A DNA stretch of 39,992 bases from an uncultured Halobacteriales archaeon (GTDB taxonomy: Archaea; Halobacteriota; Halobacteria; Halobacteriales; Halococcaceae). The stretch covers positions 1,922 to 41,913 of the forward strand of contig CAZJHA010000001.1 in assembly GCA_964545755.1 (NCBI GenBank), in the 5' to 3' direction. The notes beneath the pieces are model-generated. The model did not search any database, was not told where the DNA came from, and saw only the letters and a list, made by a program, of their open reading frames with translations. Position numbers and translations under genes: made by a program. Of the stretch, positions 28,646 to 37,166 are shown one piece after another. Each line of letters opens with the position of its first letter. Position 1 is the first letter of the stretch.

Positions 28646-30418
28646 ATGACCGGCGTTCTCGGCGGCACAGTTACCGATGGTGCGTTAGAGGAGATGGCGG
28701 ATGCTATCCAGTTCGAGCCGTGGTATGGGTCCGAACGTTTCGACGGCAACGAGTCGAGTCTCGGACTGGTCCATCACGGCGGGCGCGACCCACTCGGCAG
28801 CGCCGCATGGGAGGGCGAAGGTCGTGCGGGTGTCGTCCACGGTGCGTTGGTCGGTCGCGAACACACCGACACGGAAAGACTCGTCGAGCGCGTCCTCGAC
28901 GCCCCTCACGAGACGCTCCGGGAAGTGGATGGTTCGTTCGCGCTCGCCTGCGTCGATTTCGACGCCGAGCGGTTCGTGCTGGCGACGGACAAACTCGGTA
29001 CGCGGCCGTGCTATTACACGCTCGAAGACGGACTCGCCTTCGGCTCGTCGGTGGCTGCGCTGCTCACCCAGCTCGATAGCCCAGAGCTGGACGAACAGGG
29101 CGTGAGCGACCTGCTCATGATGGGAAACCTCTGGGGCGAGCGGACACTCGTCGAAGGTGTGCGCGCGCTCGCGCCCGCATCGGTCCTCGACTACGAAAAC
29201 GGCGAAGCGTCAATCGAGCACTACTGGAAACCCGACTACGAGAGCGCGCCGACCGACGGCTACATCGACGACCTCGCCGACGTCTTCGGCGAGGCGATGG
29301 CCGACGCGGCGACCACGATGGACGGCGACGTCGGCGTGTGGCTCTCGGGTGGGCTGGACAGCCGGACACTGGCGGCCGAACTCGCTTCCCACAGCGGCGA
29401 TTTCGACTCCTATCGCGCCTACACCTACGATGCGAACCCGCGCGGCGGCGGCAACCCCGAACTCGCCGCCGACATCGCCGACCGCCTCGACATGGGGTTT
29501 TCGGAGGTCGAGATCTCGCCCGACCGGTTCGTGCCGATTCTCGACGACGCCATCGACAGGACCGATGGGATGGTCGGCTGGGCGACGCTGTTACCGCTGT
29601 CGGCGACCTACAACCTGCCCGAGGCCAACGCGGACGTGATGCTCGAAGGCGCTGGCCAAGGTGGGCTGATGGGTCATCACGTCCGCCGTCGCCACATCGA
29701 GCGGTGTGATTCGGCGGTCGACTCGCTGTATCGGACCGAGGCCGGCGTGAGCCGCGAGCGCGTGCGCTCGCTCATCACGAGTGATGTGGACCCGCTCGAT
29801 TCGTTTCGTGAAACCGTCACGTGGAGCGACGAGACACAGCGAAAGAAGGTGATCCTCGATGCCCACTTCGCCAACCACTACGGGCGCGGCGAGGACGCGA
29901 GGCCGCGTCTCGCCCCCACGAAGAACGGCGTGCGCGCACCCAACGGCCACGGCGACCACATACAGCACGCCGCCCGCCTTCCCACCGAGTATCGGATGGG
30001 GACGGTTCCCCTCACCGGTGGCTACGTCCCCCACGGCGTGACGAAACCCAAACTCGCGCTGACGCGAGCGGCAGGGAAGGGAATGGCCGAGGTGCGCTAC
30101 GAGCGCACCGGGGTGGCACCCAAGCGGCCGTATCCGGTTCACGTCGCCGGGTTCGTGGCGACGACCTCGCTCGGGCGGCTCCGTTCGGCGACGACCTACG
30201 GCGGCCAGCGATTGCCGGACCTCTGGTATCGCGAGCACGACGGCCTGCGCGAGCATCTCGACGACCTGCTTGCGGGTGCGTGTGAACGGTCCTTCCTCGA
30301 CGGCGACGAGATACGCCGCCTCCGACGCGAACATCTCGCGGGCGAGGCGAATCACATGTCGGGCGTGCTCTCGGGAATCACGACGCTCGAATCGTGGCTC
30401 CGCCGCCGTTTCGACTGA
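28646..30418 (+). CDS. Asparagine-synthetase-like ATP-dependent amide ligase (Ntn domain without catalytic Cys)
   Basis: DGSFA, ATDKLGTRPCYY and the PP-loop WLSGGLDSR are present. The N-terminus is MTGVLG rather than MCGIxG. Confidence 0.85.
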   Translation: MTGVLGGTVTDGALEEMADAIQFEPWYGSERFDGNESSLGLVHHGGRDPLGSAAWEGEGRAGVVHGALVGREHTDTERLVERVLDAPHETLREVDGSFALACVDFDAERFVLATDKLGTRPCYYTLEDGLAFGSSVAALLTQLDSPELDEQGVSDLLMMGNLWGERTLVEGVRALAPASVLDYENGEASIEHYWKPDYESAPTDGYIDDLADVFGEAMADAATTMDGDVGVWLSGGLDSRTLAAELASHSGDFDSYRAYTYDANPRGGGNPELAADIADRLDMGFSEVEISPDRFVPILDDAIDRTDGMVGWATLLPLSATYNLPEANADVMLEGAGQGGLMGHHVRRRHIERCDSAVDSLYRTEAGVSRERVRSLITSDVDPLDSFRETVTWSDETQRKKVILDAHFANHYGRGEDARPRLAPTKNGVRAPNGHGDHIQHAARLPTEYRMGTVPLTGGYVPHGVTKPKLALTRAAGKGMAEVRYERTGVAPKRPYPVHVAGFVATTSLGRLRSATTYGGQRLPDLWYREHDGLREHLDDLLAGACERSFLDGDEIRRLRREHLAGEANHMSGVLSGITTLESWLRRRFD

Positions 30419-30424
30419 TCCGTC

Positions 30425-30438
30425 GGAAAGATTTATCA
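30425..30438 (+). promoter_or_regulatory. BRE/TATA-like element (GGAAAG ATTTATCA) for the GT4 gene
   Basis: TATA 25-32 bp upstream of GTG 30463. Confidence 0.5.
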
Positions 30439-30462
30439 ACGTCGTTGTTGACACCACGGGTA

Positions 30463-31545
30463 GTGACCGAGTCCTATCTCGCCATCAGCGATTTTTCCGG
30501 CGGCGTCAGCGAGACCGGGCGGATGGCCGAACACCTCGGCCCGCTCGGCGAGCACGTCGAGACTACGGTCGTTTGCCTCGTCGCCGACGACGGCGTCGAC
30601 GCCCTCACCTATCGGGAAGCGCCGACGACCGGGCTGCGCGCGCTCGACCTGCTCTCGCTGTTCGCCGTCGCGCTCCTCGAAGGCGCGCGCAACGACTACG
30701 ACGGCGTCGTCTCCATCTCGCTGGTGCCCTACGGCTGCTTTGCCCTCGCCGTGGGCTGGCTCTGCGGGCTACCGACCCATCTCGCCATCATCGGGGTCGA
30801 CCTCGACGTGCATGCCCGCGCCCGCTACGGCGCGCTCACCACGGCGCTCTTCCGCCGGTTCGACGCCATCACGGTGCCGGGAACCGCACACAGAGACCAG
30901 CTCGAAGCGCTCGGCGTGCCCGGAGAGCGCATCGAGATTCTGGCTAACGGCGTCGACCGTGAAACCTACTCGCCGGCCGAGACTCCAGTCGACTACGACT
31001 ACATCTGGGTCGGTCGGTTCTCGGCCGAGAAGGACCCGCTGCTGTTCGTGCGGACGATGGCGGCGCTGGTCGAGCGGGGCGAGCAGCCGCGTGCGGCCAT
31101 GCTCGGCACCGGCCCGCTCGACGGAGCGGTCGACGACCGTATCGGCGAGCTGGGTCTCGACGAGTATATCGACCGCCCCGGGTGGGTCGACAACCCGGTG
31201 GACTACTATCACCGTGCGCGAACGTTCGTGTTGACCTCCGAGCGCGACGCGCTGCCGCTGACGCTGCTCGAAGCGATGGCCTGCGGGCTGGTTCCGGTGG
31301 TTCCCGACGTCGGCAACGTCCGCGATGCCGTGACCGACGGCGAGAGCGGCATCGTCATCGACGGGCGCGACGCGGCTTCGTTTGCGAGTGCGCTCCAGCG
31401 CCTCGATGACGACGAACTGTACTACCGCCTTTCGGCCGCTGCACCGGCGGTCTGTGCCCGATTCTCGACCGAGCGCGCTGTCGAGGACTGGCAATCGGTG
31501 TTGGGGACGCTTCGCACCGTGAACGGTCGCGACGCCGAGACGTGA
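30463..31545 (+). CDS. Glycosyltransferase family 4 (GT-B)
   Basis: ANGVD, VGRFSAEKDP, LTSERDALPLTLLEAMACG and DVGNVRDAV motifs; probable GTG start at 30463. Confidence 0.88.
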   Translation: MTESYLAISDFSGGVSETGRMAEHLGPLGEHVETTVVCLVADDGVDALTYREAPTTGLRALDLLSLFAVALLEGARNDYDGVVSISLVPYGCFALAVGWLCGLPTHLAIIGVDLDVHARARYGALTTALFRRFDAITVPGTAHRDQLEALGVPGERIEILANGVDRETYSPAETPVDYDYIWVGRFSAEKDPLLFVRTMAALVERGEQPRAAMLGTGPLDGAVDDRIGELGLDEYIDRPGWVDNPVDYYHRARTFVLTSERDALPLTLLEAMACGLVPVVPDVGNVRDAVTDGESGIVIDGRDAASFASALQRLDDDELYYRLSAAAPAVCARFSTERAVEDWQSVLGTLRTVNGRDAET

Positions 31546-31576
31546 GCTATATATCACCGACCCGTTTCGGGCGTAC

Positions 31577-32728
31577 ATGAAACTCGGCGGGGTCCGCGAT
31601 GGCACGGTGTACGGCACGCGCGGACTCGACGTTGGGACGTGGAGCGGCGCGGAGGGCTTTCTGACGCTCGGAGCGCTGCCGAACCCGGCATCTGGTTACG
31701 AGCGGCTGCGTTTCGACGCGATGAACCGGCGGCTGCCGAAACGACTGCTGCGGCCGATAACCGGGCTGTACACGACAGCGAACGTCTGGCCGCTCGGCGA
31801 CGGCCACCTGCTCGCGACGGTCTCGCGGTGGCTATTTCACTCCGCGGATGGCGGGCGCTCGTGGACGCCCGTCCGCGAACTGGCGGCCTCGTCGGGACCG
31901 ATGGGCGTACTCCCGACGGCGCTTTGTGACCATCACGGCACCGTCTATCTCGCCGAATACCCGCTCGGCGACGACCCGGCGCGTGTGCTCGCGAGCGACG
32001 ACCGCGGGCGAACGTGGTCGACGTTCGTCGAGCGCTCCGACGTCCGTCACTTCCACGGGCTGTTCACCGACCCCTACAGCGACCACCTCTGGGCCACGAC
32101 CGGCGACACCGATGACGAGAGCACGATTGGAATGCTCTCCGAAGGCAGTTTCGTACCGGTCGGGCGCGGCAGCCAGCGCTGGCGCGCCGTGGGGCTGGCG
32201 TTCACGCCCGAAGCGATCTTCTGGGGGAAAGATTCTTCATACACCGAACGGGCGGAGGTCCTCCGCCTGACGCGCGAGCGCCTCGACGACCCCGACCCCG
32301 AGTTGGAGACGCTCGCGACGACCGCCTGCCCGATATACTACACCGCAACGCTCGACCGACCGGACGAGAACTGGCTGGTCGTCTCGACGACCTCCACGGG
32401 AAGAATCGACAGCACCGCCCCCGAGGGGTTGGAACGGAACACCTGCGATGGGGTCGCCAGAGTGCTCGCGGCCTCCTCGGCGTCGGAGTATGAGAAGTGG
32501 TACGAACTCTACACGACCGAGCGCCGTGATGCGGTCGGCGAGTACATCGACATGGTACCGACCTCGAACGGCTACCTGTTTCTGGCGAGTGACCCGGAGC
32601 ACGGCTTGCTCATCAACCCCTACAACACGACCGACGACAACGGCGCTATCCTCACGGTTCCGCCCGCCGCGTTCGACGAAGCCGATTTCGACACGTACAC
32701 CGACACGCCCGTGGAGGTATCCACATGA
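31577..32728 (+). CDS. BNR/Asp-box beta-propeller protein (sialidase-like fold), function unknown
   Basis: SADGGRSW and SDDRGRTW Asp boxes, RHFHG motif, no signal peptide; TATATA about 25 bp upstream. Confidence 0.65.
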   Translation: MKLGGVRDGTVYGTRGLDVGTWSGAEGFLTLGALPNPASGYERLRFDAMNRRLPKRLLRPITGLYTTANVWPLGDGHLLATVSRWLFHSADGGRSWTPVRELAASSGPMGVLPTALCDHHGTVYLAEYPLGDDPARVLASDDRGRTWSTFVERSDVRHFHGLFTDPYSDHLWATTGDTDDESTIGMLSEGSFVPVGRGSQRWRAVGLAFTPEAIFWGKDSSYTERAEVLRLTRERLDDPDPELETLATTACPIYYTATLDRPDENWLVVSTTSTGRIDSTAPEGLERNTCDGVARVLAASSASEYEKWYELYTTERRDAVGEYIDMVPTSNGYLFLASDPEHGLLINPYNTTDDNGAILTVPPAAFDEADFDTYTDTPVEVST

Positions 32729-33603
32729 CCGAACGCATGCGCGTCGGCGTGCTGGCGAACCCGATGCTCACGCGGTTCGAGGAGCGGGCGCTCGAAAACG
32801 TCGCCGCGCTCGATGGGGTGACCATCGAAGAGGCAGTAGTCGATGGCTCGGTCACCGGGGGGTCGGCGCTCGCGGCGGGAGCCGACGCGGTGAACGAGGG
32901 CACGAGCGTCTCGCTGAGCGACCTCAGACTGTTCGTCGAGGTCGTCCGCGAGAGCGGGCTGAAGGCGTTCATCCACGGCGACGAGAAACTCGGCTGGCTG
33001 CTCGGCGAGACCGGACAGATGGAGTGGCTCCAGTCAAAGCCCATCGGCGAGGTCCCCTGTCTCGACGGGGCACGGATGCGAGACTGTGAGCCGGTTCCGG
33101 CGGGCGGGCCGTGGAACACGCTTCCCGATGACGTGACCGCCGACCTCGGCGACTCCTGTGACGTGGTGATTCGCTTCGGCTTCGGCCTGCTCAAGGGTGC
33201 GATACTCGATGCACCCGAACACGGCGTCTTGAGCGTCCACACGAGCGACATCCGTGAATATCGCGGCATGGGCCACAAGATATCGTTCATGAACGACGAC
33301 CCGAGCGCGTCGATTACGCTCCAGCAGCTCTCCGAGGAGATCGACGGCGGACGCATCGTCGCGGTCATGTCCCACGACCTCCCGCCACAGCCGACCTTGG
33401 ACGACATGTGGGATGCGGTGTATTCGCTTCAAACCGATATCTTCGCCGCCGGCATCGGGAAACTCAGCGAGGGGTTCGAGCCGTTCCAGCCCGAGGAGTT
33501 GGGACCGTACTACCCGCACAGCCTCCAGCAGCGAAATCCACGATTCGTCGCCCGGCTGCTGGCGAAGAACAACTGGCGGCGGTTACGAAAGCGCCTGTCC
33601 TGA
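32725..33603 (+). CDS. Formyltransferase-family protein (putative sugar/glycan N-formyltransferase)
   Basis: DVVIRFGFGLLKGAIL..PEHGVLSVHTSDIREYRG and EIDGGRIV match the formyl_trans_N His and Asp motifs; coupled to the upstream gene by an ATGA overlap. Confidence 0.75.
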   Translation: MTERMRVGVLANPMLTRFEERALENVAALDGVTIEEAVVDGSVTGGSALAAGADAVNEGTSVSLSDLRLFVEVVRESGLKAFIHGDEKLGWLLGETGQMEWLQSKPIGEVPCLDGARMRDCEPVPAGGPWNTLPDDVTADLGDSCDVVIRFGFGLLKGAILDAPEHGVLSVHTSDIREYRGMGHKISFMNDDPSASITLQQLSEEIDGGRIVAVMSHDLPPQPTLDDMWDAVYSLQTDIFAAGIGKLSEGFEPFQPEELGPYYPHSLQQRNPRFVARLLAKNNWRRLRKRLS

Positions 33604-33647
33604 CCGACGAGAGTCGATAGCGCCGGTCTCGAACCCGAATCGAACGC

Positions 33648-34589
33648 TCATCCCAGATAGCCGAGGTCTTCGAGTCGGTCGGTGACGATGTCCTCTTCGA
33701 CGGTCATGTCCTGCGGGCCGGTCTCGTCGCCGCGCTCGCGAGTTTCGGGTTCCTCGGCCACAATCGTCCGGCGCGGCCCGTTCTGATGGGCGAGCCACGG
33801 CACCGAGAGCAGTTCGTCGGTGTAGATGCCCGTCGGATGGCCGTACTCGCGGAAGGGAATCGGGAACGAGCGCTCGCCGAGCATCTGGCCGTGGTCGGCG
33901 GTGACGACGGTCTTGCCCTCGATGGTCTCCATCAGGTCACGCACATGCGGTAGCACCGCATCGAGGTTCTCGACGAACGCCTTTCGATACACCCTGTCGG
34001 GGAGGTCCAACTCGTTGCTGTCGATGGCGTCCCACACTTGGAGGCTGTTGAGTTCGGGGTGTTCGCGGCCGGTCGGACCGATGGCCGGGAAGTGTGGCTG
34101 GACGAAGTGGACGAGCAGCCGCTTGTTCGGATACTCCTCGGCAGCCCGTTTGGCCCGCTCGACCATCGTTGCCGGGCGCACGGTATGGAACTCGTCGTCC
34201 CAGCCCTCCTCGTCCCAGACGTTGATTTCGGCGTGGAAGGTCGCGTCGACGTCGCCGCGGTTGCGGTTCCAGTAGAACATCGGCGTCGCGGTCACGTAGA
34301 CCGTGTCGTGCAGCTCGCGGCCGTCGAAGTTCGCCTTCAGGAACTCGGCGGTCATCGACCCGCGCGAGCGCCGGCGTTCGAGGGTTCCGGGCAGGTCGGA
34401 GCGAGCCGCGAAGGCGTCGTATCGGCAGGCGTCAAGGATGATGAGGGTGTCCCAGTCTTTGGCGACGATGTCGACGCCGTCGGGGTTGTACGCGCGGCGA
34501 TGCAGTCGGGTGTGATAGAGCCGGTTCAACTCGCGGACGAGCAGTCGCGGCTGGGCGAGCGCGCGCCGCAACTGGCGGAGGTCGTACAT
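33648..34589 (-). CDS. Alkaline-phosphatase/sulfatase-superfamily protein
   Basis: ILDACRYD, HFVQPH, TADHG and GHP metal-binding motifs; C-terminal DRLEDLGY; no CxPxR motif. Confidence 0.75.
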   Translation of the reverse strand: MYDLRQLRRALAQPRLLVRELNRLYHTRLHRRAYNPDGVDIVAKDWDTLIILDACRYDAFAARSDLPGTLERRRSRGSMTAEFLKANFDGRELHDTVYVTATPMFYWNRNRGDVDATFHAEINVWDEEGWDDEFHTVRPATMVERAKRAAEEYPNKRLLVHFVQPHFPAIGPTGREHPELNSLQVWDAIDSNELDLPDRVYRKAFVENLDAVLPHVRDLMETIEGKTVVTADHGQMLGERSFPIPFREYGHPTGIYTDELLSVPWLAHQNGPRRTIVAEEPETRERGDETGPQDMTVEEDIVTDRLEDLGYLG

Positions 34590-34636
34590 TGGAGTCCCTA
34601 TCGCCCAAACGGCGGAAAAGCCCTCCGAACCCGTTC

Positions 34637-35797
34637 TCACTCCTCGGCCGGAACGACCCCATGGCGCTCGTAGAACCGCCGGACACGAGGGTCATCGAGC
34701 AGCGGTTGATGGACCTGAAAGACGCGCACGCCCGAGCAGTTGTTGCCCTCGATGACCGTGAACTCGCCCGCATCGGTGATGATGACGTCCCAGCCGATGT
34801 AGGGCGCGTGCGAGAAGGTCGCGGCCACCTCTAGGAGTTTCTCGCGCACCGCCGGCCAGCCCGGGACCGTGGTGCCGGCAATCGCTGTGCCCGTGTCGGG
34901 ATGGTTTTTATACTGGACGAGCTGTTCGGCACCGAGATAGCGGACGGCTTCCCCGAGTTCTCCAGTGTCGCGGTCGACGTCGGCGACCAGCCCGCCACGC
35001 ACGAGGTTGTCCAGCGGCGCGGAGCGCTCTGTGCCGATGCGGTGGACGACCCCGGCGAGATACGGCTCATCGGTCTCCTCGTCGTACATCGTGAGCACCC
35101 GTAGGGTATTCGCCGCGTCCGGGTAGAGGTCGTCGGCGTAGGCGGCCTGTTCGACCCGCTCGGTGACGAGGTACTCGTCGAGACCCGCGACCAGTTCGCG
35201 GAACTCCTCGGCGGAGTGCTCGTCGCCGTTCACTCGATAGGTTCCTTCCGAGTACGAACAGAGCCTGACGTCCTTGCCGCCGCCACCGGTGACGGGTTTC
35301 AACACCAGCGCACCGTCCTCGCGCAGGCGTTCGTCGACCAACGCGGCCGCGTCGGCGGTTCCGGACGAGCCGGTATCGGCTTCATCCGAGCGCAGAGAAC
35401 TGAGGTCGTGAAAGCGGCCGTTCCGCAGGAGTCCGTAGGTCGCGACACGCTGGTCGTCGAACGGCTCGGTCATCCAATGGAAGAACAGTTTGTTGTCGAA
35501 GGCGGTACTGCGCTCGCCGTTGAGCCACGCCGCACGCTCGCGTTGGTAGGAGGAGAGATATCGGTGACGGCTCTCCTCGTCGAGATCGTACAGGACGTCC
35601 GCCGAACTCAGAAAGCCGTGTCGCCAGAGCCAGAGCCGTCGGCCAAGCGGCATCGAGACCGGCGAGCGCCACGTCGAGACCTCGCTCTTGGCGAAGCGTT
35701 TGAGCTGGGTAAGCGTCCGCGACGCGCGAGTCGCGTACTCGCCCGTGACCCCTCGATACGCCGCCTTCGCCAGCCCGTAGATCCGCTCGCCGTTCAT
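34637..35797 (-). CDS. Sugar-transfer-associated ATP-grasp ligase, copy 1
   Basis: DNKLFF, LVLKPVTGGGGKDV, YLVTERVEQ, NTLRVLT, LDN..RGG and YIGWDV..VIEGN motifs. Confidence 0.82.
   Translation of the reverse strand: MNGERIYGLAKAAYRGVTGEYATRASRTLTQLKRFAKSEVSTWRSPVSMPLGRRLWLWRHGFLSSADVLYDLDEESRHRYLSSYQRERAAWLNGERSTAFDNKLFFHWMTEPFDDQRVATYGLLRNGRFHDLSSLRSDEADTGSSGTADAAALVDERLREDGALVLKPVTGGGGKDVRLCSYSEGTYRVNGDEHSAEEFRELVAGLDEYLVTERVEQAAYADDLYPDAANTLRVLTMYDEETDEPYLAGVVHRIGTERSAPLDNLVRGGLVADVDRDTGELGEAVRYLGAEQLVQYKNHPDTGTAIAGTTVPGWPAVREKLLEVAATFSHAPYIGWDVIITDAGEFTVIEGNNCSGVRVFQVHQPLLDDPRVRRFYERHGVVPAEE
34695..34769. repeat. 75-bp inverted repeat arm (partner 36921-36995, 73/75 identical)
   Basis: Manual alignment of the GEFTVIEGNNCSGVRVFQVHQPLLD-coding tracts of the divergent ATP-grasp copies 1 and 2. 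Confidence 0.85.
35006..35045. repeat. 40-bp perfect inverted repeat arm (partner 36648-36687)
   Basis: CCACCGCATCGGCACAGAGCGCTCCGCGCCGCTGGACAAC is present in both divergent ATP-grasp genes. Confidence 0.85.
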
Positions 35798-35904
35798 GAC
35801 CGGGCTATATCGCCCGCCGTGATAACCGCCACGAAGCGGACTGACCGACGCATGCGACGGCGAGAACGAACGGCATTAATCCCCGGCCGTACTCGCTTCG
35901 AGCA

Positions 35905-37041
35905 ATGTTCACCGAACGGGTCCATCACTCGCTGAGCGACCTCTACTGGGGCGCGTACGGCGTTTCGCGCTGGCTCGTTGAGCGCGGTCCCGGTGCCGCC
36001 CTCCGGCTGCTCGTCCACGAGGAAGCCCCCGCCATCGCGCGCTTTCGCATGCCGCTTGGCCGACGGCTCTGGCTCTGGCGACACGGCTTTCTGAGCCAAG
36101 CCGATGTGCTCTACGGCGACGAGGGCATCACGAAGGAGAACTACCACCGGTATCTCTCCTCCTATCAGCGCGACCTGACACGGCGCATCAACGGTCGCTG
36201 GGGCGAGGCGCTCGAAAACAAGCTCCTCTTTCATCACCTGCTCGATGGCTTTCCCGAGCGTCGCTCGACGGTTCACGCCCATCTCATGGACGGGCGATAC
36301 ACGCCAGTCGATAGCGAGGGGACGGTCACGAGCGGTGCCGATGCTGCCGACCGGGTCGTGGCGCTGCTCGACGAAAACGAGAAGCTCGTCCTGAAACCGA
36401 CCTACGGCACCATCGGCAAACGCATCCTGATATGTGAGGGCACCGACGAGGGCTATCGCGTCAACGGCGAGGAACACTCACGGGAGGAGTTCGCCACGCT
36501 GATTCCGGACCTCGACGATTATCTGGTATCCGAATTCGTCGAGCAGGCCCCGTACGCGAGCGCGCTCTATCCCGACTCGCCGAACACCCTCAGAGTGCTC
36601 ACGATGGTCGACCCCGATTCCGGAGAGCCGTTCGTCGCAGCGGTCGCCCACCGCATCGGCACAGAGCGCTCCGCGCCGCTGGACAACTGGTCGCGCGGTG
36701 GTCTCTCGGCGGACATCGGCGCGTCCGGTGACCTCGGCAGCGCCGTCCAGTACCCCTACGACGGCCACCGCGAGCGCCACACCAGCCATCCCGATACCGG
36801 TGTGCCGATTGCGGGCGTCGAGATACCGGGCTGGCCGGCGATTCGGGAGGGTATCCTCGACATCGCGGCGAGCTGTTCGCAGATACCCTACGTGGGTTGG
36901 GACCTCGTGGTCACGGGCGAGGGCGAGTTCACGGTCATCGAGGGCAACAACTGCTCGGGCGTGCGTGTCTTTCAGGTCCATCAACCGCTACTCGACGATT
37001 CCCGCGTGAGGCGGTTCTACGAACACCATGACGCGCTCTGA
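35905..37041 (+). CDS. Sugar-transfer-associated ATP-grasp ligase, copy 2 (divergent from copy 1)
   Basis: ENKLLF, LVLKPTYGTIGKRI, NTLRVLT, DNWSRGG and YVGWDL..VIEGN motifs; ATTAAT about 25 bp upstream. Confidence 0.82.
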   Translation: MFTERVHHSLSDLYWGAYGVSRWLVERGPGAALRLLVHEEAPAIARFRMPLGRRLWLWRHGFLSQADVLYGDEGITKENYHRYLSSYQRDLTRRINGRWGEALENKLLFHHLLDGFPERRSTVHAHLMDGRYTPVDSEGTVTSGADAADRVVALLDENEKLVLKPTYGTIGKRILICEGTDEGYRVNGEEHSREEFATLIPDLDDYLVSEFVEQAPYASALYPDSPNTLRVLTMVDPDSGEPFVAAVAHRIGTERSAPLDNWSRGGLSADIGASGDLGSAVQYPYDGHRERHTSHPDTGVPIAGVEIPGWPAIREGILDIAASCSQIPYVGWDLVVTGEGEFTVIEGNNCSGVRVFQVHQPLLDDSRVRRFYEHHDAL

Positions 37042-37166
37042 ACGCGAGTCGTCCGGCACTCCGAACCGGTGCGTTAATCCGCTCGACCCTACCCAGTGTC
37101 GATATCGACTGCCCGTCCACACTGCGAGGATGGGTGTGGTAGCGGCAGGACGGTGATTACTGATAG

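Noticed and set aside
32725-33603. Methionyl-tRNA formyltransferase (fmt)
   Set aside because: It lacks the C-terminal tRNA-binding domain, archaea do not use fMet, and it sits in a glycan locus.
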